64,000 bases of DNA from Oculatellaceae cyanobacterium bins.114 (GCA_033764315.1 JANRJA010000203.1:20678-84677), one strand, 5' to 3'; positions 18,165 to 25,485 are shown, counted from the first letter of the stretch. The notes: generated by a model not told the origin, from the sequence alone. Made by a program: numbers and translations.

Positions 18165-18318
18165 CCTCAAACCTCAAACCTCAAACCTCAAACCTCAAAA
18201 CCCAAAACCCAAAACTCAAAACTCAAAACCCAAAACTCAAAACCCAAAACTCAAAACCCAAAACTCAAAACTCAAAACCCAAAACTCAAAACCCAAAACT
18301 CAAAACCCAAAACCCAAA
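18165..18318. repeat. Heptanucleotide tandem array (STRR-like), 22 units
   Basis: 5 x CCTCAAA (18165-18199) followed by 17 x AC(C/T)CAAA (18200-18318). It abuts the stop codon (18328-18330) of the TIR gene. Confidence 0.95.
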
Positions 18319-18327
18319 ACCTCCTAC

Positions 18328-19695
18328 CTAATAGTCCTCCTTAGGTGGACGGGTGACTCGTAAAATGAGCGCACTCAATCCTAGAAACCAAATCAGGGCG
18401 ATCAAATAGGCCATTGACATTAACTTACGTACTGATTGCTTAAGGCTAACCACATAATCGGCATGAACATCTAGCCCGATCGCCCCAACCACCACTCCAC
18501 GAGAATTACGAATGGGCGCATATGCAGCAAATTGGGCACCCCGTTGATCACGACTGACAAAGGTTGTGAGGCTGAGTTGCGAGAGCCCTTGATAAATAGC
18601 CGAGTTAGATTGATCGATTGTGAATGGCTGCCGAAATGTCGTTGCCTGTTCAGGAGCAATCTTTCTTAAAACGTCTCCAATGATCAAGATCTCACGAGGC
18701 TGATCACCCCAGGTATAGCTGTAGGGATTGGCATAGGGAACTAGAGTATGCACTCGATAGAGCCATTCTTGATGGCTGCGATAGAGAGCATTATTAGTGG
18801 GTTCAGTTTGTCCAGCAAGCAGAGGAGTGCGGGTCAGGGTGGCAAACTCCTCGCCATTTACTCCATCCACTGTCGCATTCAACGCCTGCACCATCTCGCC
18901 TTTAATACGAGCAACCGTGGTCTCCCAAAGATAGTAGTAAAACCAATAAAACCCTAAAGTGACGATCGCCATATTGACAACAACAGTTGTCACCATCACA
19001 ATCCATTTAGCGCGTTGGCGCGATTGATAAAGTGCCAGTTTGGCCGCTTGACTAGCATCAATGTAGCGGTTTTGAAGCTCGGTTGGCTTAAGGTCTTGGT
19101 TGATGCTGCTTGCAAGCCACTGCTCAGCATCCTTTAAGTCGCTGCCCCGTAATAAATAGCTGTCGTTGTAGTCTTTGCGTTTCCACTCGATCGCCCGAAC
19201 CAAAAGACGAGTGTGAGCATGGATATAGTCAATATCTGTGTTGACTGCCTGGAGCAATTCTTGAAAGGCGTGATCGAAGTCATCCGTTTCTCGGAAAAAG
19301 ATCCAGTTGTGTTTGCTGATTTGAGGGTGCACTTGTTGAGGATCAAATCCCTCTCGCCGCACGATTGGCAAAAAGCGTTTGTGGCAATGAGTCGCGTATT
19401 CAATTTCATCTCGACAAACCTTAGAGGTAACTGAGTCAGGGCTAATCACAAAAATGAATGTGCTAGCAGACTCAATGCCTCGTTGAATGGCTTGCCACCA
19501 CTCTTCCCCTTTATAGATGTCATTCCAATCAACCCACGGATCTTGCCCAACCCGCTTAAATGCCCCGTCTAGCATCTCAACAAATGCTTTATCTCGACGA
19601 GAGTAAGAGATAAATACCTCGTTGGTTGGTGCTTTAGTCTCACTGGGTTGTGATTGAGTATGAACAGCAATATTAGACGATTGACCCTCAAGCAT
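18328..19695 (-). CDS. TIR-domain protein with TM - Cache/PDC-like extracytoplasmic domain - TM
   Basis: 455 aa. TIR at aa ~26-150 (VFISYSRRD; SPDSVTSKVCRDEIEYA; FLPIV). Helical module HTRLLVRAIEW...LLRGSDLKDAEQWL. Hydrophobic spans at aa ~231-256 and ~425-445 bracket a ~170-aa domain ending RDQRGAQFAAYAPIRNSRGVVVGAIGLDVHADYV. Confidence 0.85.
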   Translation of the reverse strand: MLEGQSSNIAVHTQSQPSETKAPTNEVFISYSRRDKAFVEMLDGAFKRVGQDPWVDWNDIYKGEEWWQAIQRGIESASTFIFVISPDSVTSKVCRDEIEYATHCHKRFLPIVRREGFDPQQVHPQISKHNWIFFRETDDFDHAFQELLQAVNTDIDYIHAHTRLLVRAIEWKRKDYNDSYLLRGSDLKDAEQWLASSINQDLKPTELQNRYIDASQAAKLALYQSRQRAKWIVMVTTVVVNMAIVTLGFYWFYYYLWETTVARIKGEMVQALNATVDGVNGEEFATLTRTPLLAGQTEPTNNALYRSHQEWLYRVHTLVPYANPYSYTWGDQPREILIIGDVLRKIAPEQATTFRQPFTIDQSNSAIYQGLSQLSLTTFVSRDQRGAQFAAYAPIRNSRGVVVGAIGLDVHADYVVSLKQSVRKLMSMAYLIALIWFLGLSALILRVTRPPKEDY

Positions 19696-19824
19696 GATTG
19701 ATGCCCCCGACAGCAGTGATTATTTGCTTGTACTCACTCTAAACGACCGTTTTGAAAGGGTAAAGGATTAAACACTGAAGCGTAGAATAAGGTCGATTTT
19801 TATTCTTGATGTTTTGCCAGCTAA

Positions 19825-19893
19825 CTGAGGACATAGAGGGTGTGGGGGCGGTGCCCCCAGCCAGGGGTTCCACCCCTGCACCCCGTCCTAACC
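19825..19893. repeat. GC-rich double-hairpin dispersed repeat (inverted copy of 44080-44131)
   Basis: Its reverse complement reads GGTTAGGACGGGGTGCAGGGGTGGAACCCCTGGCTGGGGGCACCGCCCCCACACCCTC..CCTCAG. The copy at 44080 reads GGTTAGAACGGGGTGCACCCCTGGCTAGGGCTTTGCCCCCAAACCTCCTCAG. Confidence 0.8.
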
Positions 19894-19925
19894 TGAATGA
19901 CTACGGCTATACCTCTCATCTTGGC

Positions 19926-22706
19926 TCACGGTTTCTGCTGAAACTGTTGACAAGTGTTTTGAGCACCTGCGATCGCGTCTTTTTCAGACGGAGTCAGTTT
20001 TGCATTCAAGTGTGCCAAGAAACTATAACCTTGAAACTGATTACAGGCGATCGCTAACCACCGTTGCCAGGTCATATCGTGCCAAAGATACAGCGTGCCC
20101 ATCTCATCTCCAGTCACAATCGTGTGTCCGTCAGGTTGAAAAGCAACGGCAGAGATGACTTTACCTTGTTCTCTAAACGCCTGCCCCAGTGGATTGCCGT
20201 TGGTGTCCCACAGTCTCAGAGTGCCATCTTCACTGGTGCTCGCGATCGTTTTTCCATCAGGGCTATAGGCAACAGCCGTGATATAGCCTTCATGTCCTTG
20301 AAACGGACTGCCCAACAGCCTTTTTGCCTCGACATCCCACTGCCGCAAAATGCCATCGCCCCCTGCACTCACCACCACCTCTCCCGTTGGGTTAAAGGCA
20401 ACAGCTGCAATGCCAAACTGCTGCTCTTCTTGAAAAACGGCTAGAGAACGCCCTTGCAGATCCCACAGGCGAATGGTGGAGTCATCGCCACTACTGGCAA
20501 TCAAGTCTCCCTTTGGGCTAAAAGCCACCGATCGGACGCTGCTTTGATGTCTCTGAAAGGGTTGCCCTATCGGTCGCTGTTCTTTGACGCTCCATAACTG
20601 AATTGTGCCATCGTCGCTACCACTGATAACCGTTTGACCATCGGGGCTGAAGGCGACCGATTGAATCGCCCCATCATGCTCTACCAAAGGTGCTCCGAGA
20701 GGTTGCCGTTGCTGCACATCCCAAAAGCGGAGTGAGCCATCAGCTCCAGCACTGACTAAAACGGTACCAGAGGGATCAAAAGCGATCGCATTCACCCCAT
20801 CTGAATGGGCTTGCAACGGAGAACCAACCTGTTTCCCAGTGATATCCCAAAAGCGAATGGTGCCATCGTCACTGGCACTGGCAAAGGTGCGATCGTGGGG
20901 ATTAAAGGCGATGGATGGAATAGCATCGTCATGGGCTGACACCCGTTGACTTGTCATCAGATTTTGCACATTCCACAGGCGAATCGTGCGATCGGCACTG
21001 GCGCTAATCAAGGTTTCGCCATCTAAGCTAAACACAGCAGGAAAGACAAACCCCTCATGTCCGCGAATGGGGGTGCCGATCGCGTTGCCCTGCAAATCCC
21101 ACAGGCGAATGGTGCGATCGTTACTAGCACTAGCGATCGTCTGACCATCGGGACTAAAGACAACGGCTTGAATGGCAGATTCATGCCCAATGAACGGTAA
21201 GTCGATGGGGTTGCCCTCCAAATCCCATAGACGCACCGTGTTGTCACTTCCTCCACTGATCAGCTTTTGACCATCAGGGCTAAAGGCAACGGTCAATACG
21301 GCACCGTCATGCCCTCGAAAGGGTTCTCCCTGCGGTTGTCCTTGACGATTCCACAGGCGAATGGTGTCATCTACACTGCCGCTAGCGATGATTTGACCAT
21401 TAGGGCTAAATACAACACTATACACAGAGTCGCTGTGCCCCTCAAACGGTTTTCCGATTGCCTGCCCTGATACATCCCATAGGTACACCTTCCCATCATC
21501 ACTCCCGCTGACGATCTGCTGGCTATCAGGGCTAATTGCCAGTGAGTTTACAGCCCGATTTTGGGCTTGAACTGATTCGCCAATCCGATGTCCATCTGCT
21601 GTCCATCGCACAATCCTACCGTTGGCATCACCACTGACAATCAGTTGCCCATCAGGACTCCAGGCGATCGCATAAATTTCGGAGTCACTCGCCTGAATTG
21701 GTTCCCCAATCGGCTCACCCGTTTCCAAATTCCAGAATCGCAGAACACCTTTATTATCAGTACTCGCTAATCGTGTTCTATCTGGATTCAGGGCGATCGC
21801 ATAGATCTCTCCCTCATGCCCCAACAAACGGTCTTTTTCTCGATTGCCCTGAATCGCGCTGAGTAAACTCGCTCGTGCTTCATCAAAGACCTCCTGTGAA
21901 GGGTTTTGTAGACTAGTACCGATCGTGTGTAGTGCCAAAATCAATCCACTGGTTGGCTTTACCGCCATCAAATTATTGACTCGTGCGACTCTTTCCCGTA
22001 ACTCTGCCTCAGCTCGTCGATGGTGTTCTGCCTTACGATATTGCTCAAATGCAATTAGGGTTGAAGTTGCCGTAATCACCAACCCCAGTGAAATGGCACC
22101 TATCGTTAAGCGTTCTCGTCGAACCACTTTGCGGCTGGTACAAACAAAATCGATCTGCAAGGGCGCAGGTTGAGGATCTTTAGTTCCTGCCTCAGTCAGC
22201 CATCGTTCTGCCTTTCTTAAGTCACGGCCTCTCAGCAAACAACTTGAGTCTTGTCCTTGCTCCTTCCATTCGTTGGCTCGCACCAACAGCCGAGTGTGAA
22301 AGGTAACGTGTTCCAGGTCGGTTTCGAGTGTCTTGATTAACTTTGCAACCGATTCATCAAAGGAATTCGTTTCTTTGAAAAAAATCCAGTTGATGGACGC
22401 CAAGGTTGGATGAACCTGGCCGTATTGCACCTCTTTGCAGACGATCGGGATAAGCCGCTTACTAGAGGCGACCGCCAGTTCTAACTCAATACTGCATTCT
22501 CGTGATGCCACCCATTCTGGGCTGAGCACAAAAACAACCGCATTGGCTTGTTTAATGCCATCAGCAATTTCAGCCCGCCAATCCGCACTGGGGGGAATAT
22601 CTTCCCAATCGATCCAGACATCCTTACCCTGCCCCACTAAAAAACTGTGGAGTTTATCAACAAATTCCTTATCTCTACGACAGTAGGAAATAAATACATC
22701 TGTCAT
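19926..22706 (-). CDS. TIR-domain protein with hydrophobic span and 14 WD40 repeats
   Basis: Start moved to ATG 22706 (GGAGG 4 nt upstream; the track ORF extends to 22808). 926 aa. TIR motifs VFISYCRRD, SPEWVASRECSIELELA and LIPIV. Helical module HTRLLVRANEW...LLRGRDLRKAERWL. Hydrophobic segment LTIGAISLGLVITATSTLIAF at aa ~200-220. Fourteen ~42-aa WD40 units (GH..V..VAFSPDG..I.SGS.D.TIRLWD) at ~20070-21840. Confidence 0.9.
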   Translation of the reverse strand: MTDVFISYCRRDKEFVDKLHSFLVGQGKDVWIDWEDIPPSADWRAEIADGIKQANAVVFVLSPEWVASRECSIELELAVASSKRLIPIVCKEVQYGQVHPTLASINWIFFKETNSFDESVAKLIKTLETDLEHVTFHTRLLVRANEWKEQGQDSSCLLRGRDLRKAERWLTEAGTKDPQPAPLQIDFVCTSRKVVRRERLTIGAISLGLVITATSTLIAFEQYRKAEHHRRAEAELRERVARVNNLMAVKPTSGLILALHTIGTSLQNPSQEVFDEARASLLSAIQGNREKDRLLGHEGEIYAIALNPDRTRLASTDNKGVLRFWNLETGEPIGEPIQASDSEIYAIAWSPDGQLIVSGDANGRIVRWTADGHRIGESVQAQNRAVNSLAISPDSQQIVSGSDDGKVYLWDVSGQAIGKPFEGHSDSVYSVVFSPNGQIIASGSVDDTIRLWNRQGQPQGEPFRGHDGAVLTVAFSPDGQKLISGGSDNTVRLWDLEGNPIDLPFIGHESAIQAVVFSPDGQTIASASNDRTIRLWDLQGNAIGTPIRGHEGFVFPAVFSLDGETLISASADRTIRLWNVQNLMTSQRVSAHDDAIPSIAFNPHDRTFASASDDGTIRFWDITGKQVGSPLQAHSDGVNAIAFDPSGTVLVSAGADGSLRFWDVQQRQPLGAPLVEHDGAIQSVAFSPDGQTVISGSDDGTIQLWSVKEQRPIGQPFQRHQSSVRSVAFSPKGDLIASSGDDSTIRLWDLQGRSLAVFQEEQQFGIAAVAFNPTGEVVVSAGGDGILRQWDVEAKRLLGSPFQGHEGYITAVAYSPDGKTIASTSEDGTLRLWDTNGNPLGQAFREQGKVISAVAFQPDGHTIVTGDEMGTLYLWHDMTWQRWLAIACNQFQGYSFLAHLNAKLTPSEKDAIAGAQNTCQQFQQKP

Positions 22707-22743
22707 GGTGCCTCCAGCTTGGCGGAAGTGGCAGTTGCAAAGA

Positions 22744-23019
22744 TTAAGAAGGTCGTGGAGCCGGAGAACGTGGAGTCGGAGATGGAGTGGTCGTTTCACA
22801 GGGACCAAGACGGGAAGTCTCCTGACGCCGACAGGGAGGAGTTCTCACTGCTTTGGGTTCGCCTGTTTTGGATAGGGTGGTATGAGGCGATTCTCCTTTG
22901 AGGGCGATCGCTGCTGCATATAAAGGTGTTGTAGCAATTAACGGCAACAAAGCCCCTGTGATGAGAGTAGCTCCTAATAGTAGGCTTGCGAGTTTATCTT
23001 TATATCTAGTTTGAGTCAT
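22744..23019 (-). CDS. Small membrane protein with Pro/Thr/Arg-rich tail (91 aa)
   Basis: Hydrophobic helix LASLLLGATLITGALLPLIATTPLYAAAIAL followed by the tail ...TTTPSPTPRSPAPRPS. Its ATG overlaps the stop of the upstream gene (ATGA, 23016-23019). It ends 37 nt before the TIR-WD40 start. Confidence 0.5.
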   Translation of the reverse strand: MTQTRYKDKLASLLLGATLITGALLPLIATTPLYAAAIALKGESPHTTLSKTGEPKAVRTPPCRRQETSRLGPCETTTPSPTPRSPAPRPS

Positions 23020-23729
23020 CTTCTTCCCTCACCCCAGTTACCAGAAGGACGAACCCTTCTTCCATCAAAACGAACAATGGGTCCTTCAATGCTAGTGCCG
23101 TCTGCGTTACAAACTTCAATTTCTCTTACAATTTGCTCTTGGCCATCACTGTATACACCTCTAAAGTCATAAAGACATTCGTTGGAGTCAACAGGAATTA
23201 TGGCTATATCACCCGGAGATAGCTCCTGTGCAATTAGATCTTCACCCCAGTCGGCTTGAGTGACCGGAGTGAAATAAATTTCTAATAACGGAAGATCAGC
23301 CGTGTTTTGGATATTAAACGTTCTATCGTTGTCGTCGTAGTAGGTGTAAGTACCCTCGTCAATGCAGAGATCGACCTGATTTTCGTCAATGGGTGGTCCT
23401 TGATCAAACACACCTCGGACATCATAGAAACAGTCACTCCGACTGTCATCCACAACAATTTCTCGGACATCTCCCGGAGCAACCGAATCACCCTGCAACT
23501 TCTCAGCTTCTTCTTCCCAGGTAGATACATCGGTTGGCGAGACATAAAACTCCAACAACGTATAGTCTGTGAAGTTTTCAACCGTAAATGATAAGGGATC
23601 GCTCAGCTCATCTTGAGCCAATGCTCGTTGACCCCTAAAGGGGAAGTGCGTTGCATCGCCTCCCCAAGTCAAAATGGGTAAAGTCACAGCAGTTGCGATC
23701 AGAACTGAGTGACCCAGGTTTTTAAGCAT
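23016..23729 (-). CDS. Exported acidic protein made of two ~85-aa Cys-containing repeats
   Basis: Start moved to ATG 23729 (AGGAG 7 nt upstream). N-terminal signal-like MLKNLGHSVLIATAVTLPILTW. Repeat 1 is FTVENFTDYTLLEFYVSP..W.....PGD..EIVVDDSRSDCFYDVRGVFDQG....VDLC. Repeat 2 is FNIQNTADLPLLEIYFTP..W.....PGD..IIPVDSNECLYDFRGVYSDG....IEVC. Confidence 0.65.
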   Translation of the reverse strand: MLKNLGHSVLIATAVTLPILTWGGDATHFPFRGQRALAQDELSDPLSFTVENFTDYTLLEFYVSPTDVSTWEEEAEKLQGDSVAPGDVREIVVDDSRSDCFYDVRGVFDQGPPIDENQVDLCIDEGTYTYYDDNDRTFNIQNTADLPLLEIYFTPVTQADWGEDLIAQELSPGDIAIIPVDSNECLYDFRGVYSDGQEQIVREIEVCNADGTSIEGPIVRFDGRRVRPSGNWGEGRR

Positions 23730-23887
23730 GGTAGTTCTCCTGAGCGACGGGCAGATTGATCTGGATAAGTACACCGCAATTGATTATTACTTAAGTATTG
23801 ATACGTAGCTTTATAGAATTTATGCGGAGTGTCATCCAGTTTTGCAGGTTGGGCGACCAATGGTTGAGAGTGCTGAGTGCTGGCTCG

Positions 23888-25120
23888 TCAGGGTGAATTC
23901 AGGTTAAACAATTGCCCACACAAGCCCAGCAAACCACCAGCAATCACGAGCCAAGCGGAGTTGACCTTGTAGTAGAACAGTGCGATCGCCCCTATTACCG
24001 CAATCCCAATCGTCAACCAATCGACGATCGCAGCTTGTCCCAGTTGCCAGGTGACAACCGCCATTAACCCCAATGAGGCAGCATTGACTCCATCTAAAAA
24101 GCCGCTTGCCCAGGTTGATTGACGCAACTTGGGCACCCAGGGATTGATGATCGCCACTAAGACAAATGCTGGGAGAAAAATGCCAATCGTGCCTGCGATC
24201 GCCCCGGCATTGCCTGCTAATAGGTAGCCCACAAACGTAGCGGTGGTAAACACGGGACCAGGGGTTAACTGCCCAACCGCGATCGCATCCAGCAGTTGTT
24301 GAGAAGTAAGCCACTGAGTTCTCTCGACGAGTTCTCGTTGCAAAAACGCCAACAACACATAGCCACTGCCATACAGCACGGCACCAATCTTGAGAAAAAA
24401 TAGGAAGACTCGAATCCAATTAGGAGAACCGTATGCCCCAACCCCGCTGCCGACTTGGGCCAACAGACTGGGAATCGGTAACATCAACGCAGAAGCCGTT
24501 GTGCTGCCACCCCGTCCTCGGTTCTTAATCAGCATCACTGCGGCTCCAGCCAAGAGCAGCAACACGATCTCGTCACCACCCAAGAAAAAGGCAACGATGA
24601 CAGCAATACCTGCCACGATAGTGGGAAGATCTTTAGCTGCCGATTTGCCTAACTTCCAGAGTGCCTGGAGCACAACTGCAATAATGATGGGCTTAATGCC
24701 ATAGAGCAACCATCCCAACTCAGGTAATTCTTGATAACGAGCATAAAGCGCGGCTAATACCCAGACAATCCCCATCGCTGGGAGAATAAAGCACGTTCCG
24801 GCGATCGCCAATCCCCACAACCCAGATCGCTCATAGCCAATGTGAATGGCCAATTCCGTTGAGTTTGGCCCTGGAATCAGGTTGGTGACTCCCAGCAAAT
24901 CCAGTAATTTTTCTTCAGTAAACCACTTGCGCCGCTTCACAAACTCATCGTTCATCATGGCGATGTGGGCTGCTGGTCCCCCAAAGGCGATCGTTCCTAG
25001 CCTAAAAAAGCCGATCGCCAACTCCTTGAGCCGTTGTCGTTTTTGCTCAGGTTCTAGCGTCTCATAAGGAGGAGACTCACTGATGTCAGTGGTTTCAGGC
25101 TTATCAATTTCGTGGGACAT
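23888..25120 (-). CDS. chrA: Chromate transporter (CHR family)
   Basis: 410-aa polytopic protein with a duplicated CHR layout. N-terminal signature GFFRLGTIAFGGPAAHIAMM. Confidence 0.8.
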   Translation of the reverse strand: MSHEIDKPETTDISESPPYETLEPEQKRQRLKELAIGFFRLGTIAFGGPAAHIAMMNDEFVKRRKWFTEEKLLDLLGVTNLIPGPNSTELAIHIGYERSGLWGLAIAGTCFILPAMGIVWVLAALYARYQELPELGWLLYGIKPIIIAVVLQALWKLGKSAAKDLPTIVAGIAVIVAFFLGGDEIVLLLLAGAAVMLIKNRGRGGSTTASALMLPIPSLLAQVGSGVGAYGSPNWIRVFLFFLKIGAVLYGSGYVLLAFLQRELVERTQWLTSQQLLDAIAVGQLTPGPVFTTATFVGYLLAGNAGAIAGTIGIFLPAFVLVAIINPWVPKLRQSTWASGFLDGVNAASLGLMAVVTWQLGQAAIVDWLTIGIAVIGAIALFYYKVNSAWLVIAGGLLGLCGQLFNLNSP

Positions 25121-25292
25121 AGCTCAACGACTGCGATCGCACAGATAACTACTTTCAAACTCTTCCACGTTTCCTCAATAGATTCAATTAAAACTGGGTT
25201 AACTCCGGGCTAGGTGTCACGTGCTGAGTGAGGGCTAAGCCGTGCTGCGTACTGAGTAGGAGGGTTAGACAGTAGGAAAGGATAGCCTGTCA

Positions 25293-25373
25293 TCCTTCAT
25301 TCTTTTCTTTCCTATCTTTTCCCTCTTCTCTTCTTTCTTCTTTTTTCTTTCTTCCTTCTTCCTCCTTTCCTCC
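25293..25373 (+). repeat. Polypyrimidine (CT) tract; 59 nt uninterrupted at 25315-25373
   Basis: Read directly: ...tcttttccctcttctcttctttcttcttttttctttcttccttcttcctcctttcctcc. It lies in the divergent spacer between chrA and the PhoD-like gene. Confidence 0.95.
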
Positions 25374-25485
25374 GACAGAAGCGAAATCGCACACGATCAT
25401 GATATTTCTGGCACAGCACTCAGCAATCAGGTGTTTGCCATATTGCCCGTTTAAGAGTGCTAGATGGTTGCGTGGAGGATGTGAT

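Noticed and set aside
18165-18318. Possible CRISPR array (also considered for the repeats at 52.4-53.0 kb)
   Set aside because: The units are 7 nt and contiguous, with no spacers. The 52-kb repeats are irregular, and no 28-37-nt direct repeat with unique spacers occurs. No cas genes are present in the window.
18134-18331. 65-aa plus-strand ORF (…KTQNPKLKTQNPKLKTQNSKPKTQ…)
   Set aside because: It is simply the heptanucleotide array read in one frame. The 7-nt units give a 7-aa periodic low-complexity peptide. It has a TTG start and no SD.
19806-20057. 83-aa plus-strand ORF over the GC-rich hairpin repeat and the 3-prime end of the TIR-WD40 gene
   Set aside because: It has a TTG start, and its Gly/Pro/Ala-rich start is the translated repeat element. 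The rest is antisense to a strongly supported CDS.
18328-22706. Interpretation of the two TIR genes as a Thoeris (ThsA/ThsB) or TIR-STING/CBASS locus
   Set aside because: No SIR2, SLOG, Macro, STING, CD-NTase or cyclase gene lies within at least 5 kb on either side. Thoeris ThsB proteins are also small soluble TIRs, not TM/WD40/Cache fusions.
23904-24419. 171-aa minus-strand ORF inside chrA (alternative frame)
   Set aside because: It is on the same strand as chrA but out of frame. The chrA frame gives a coherent polytopic CHR protein, while this frame gives Cys/Arg/Trp-rich nonsense.
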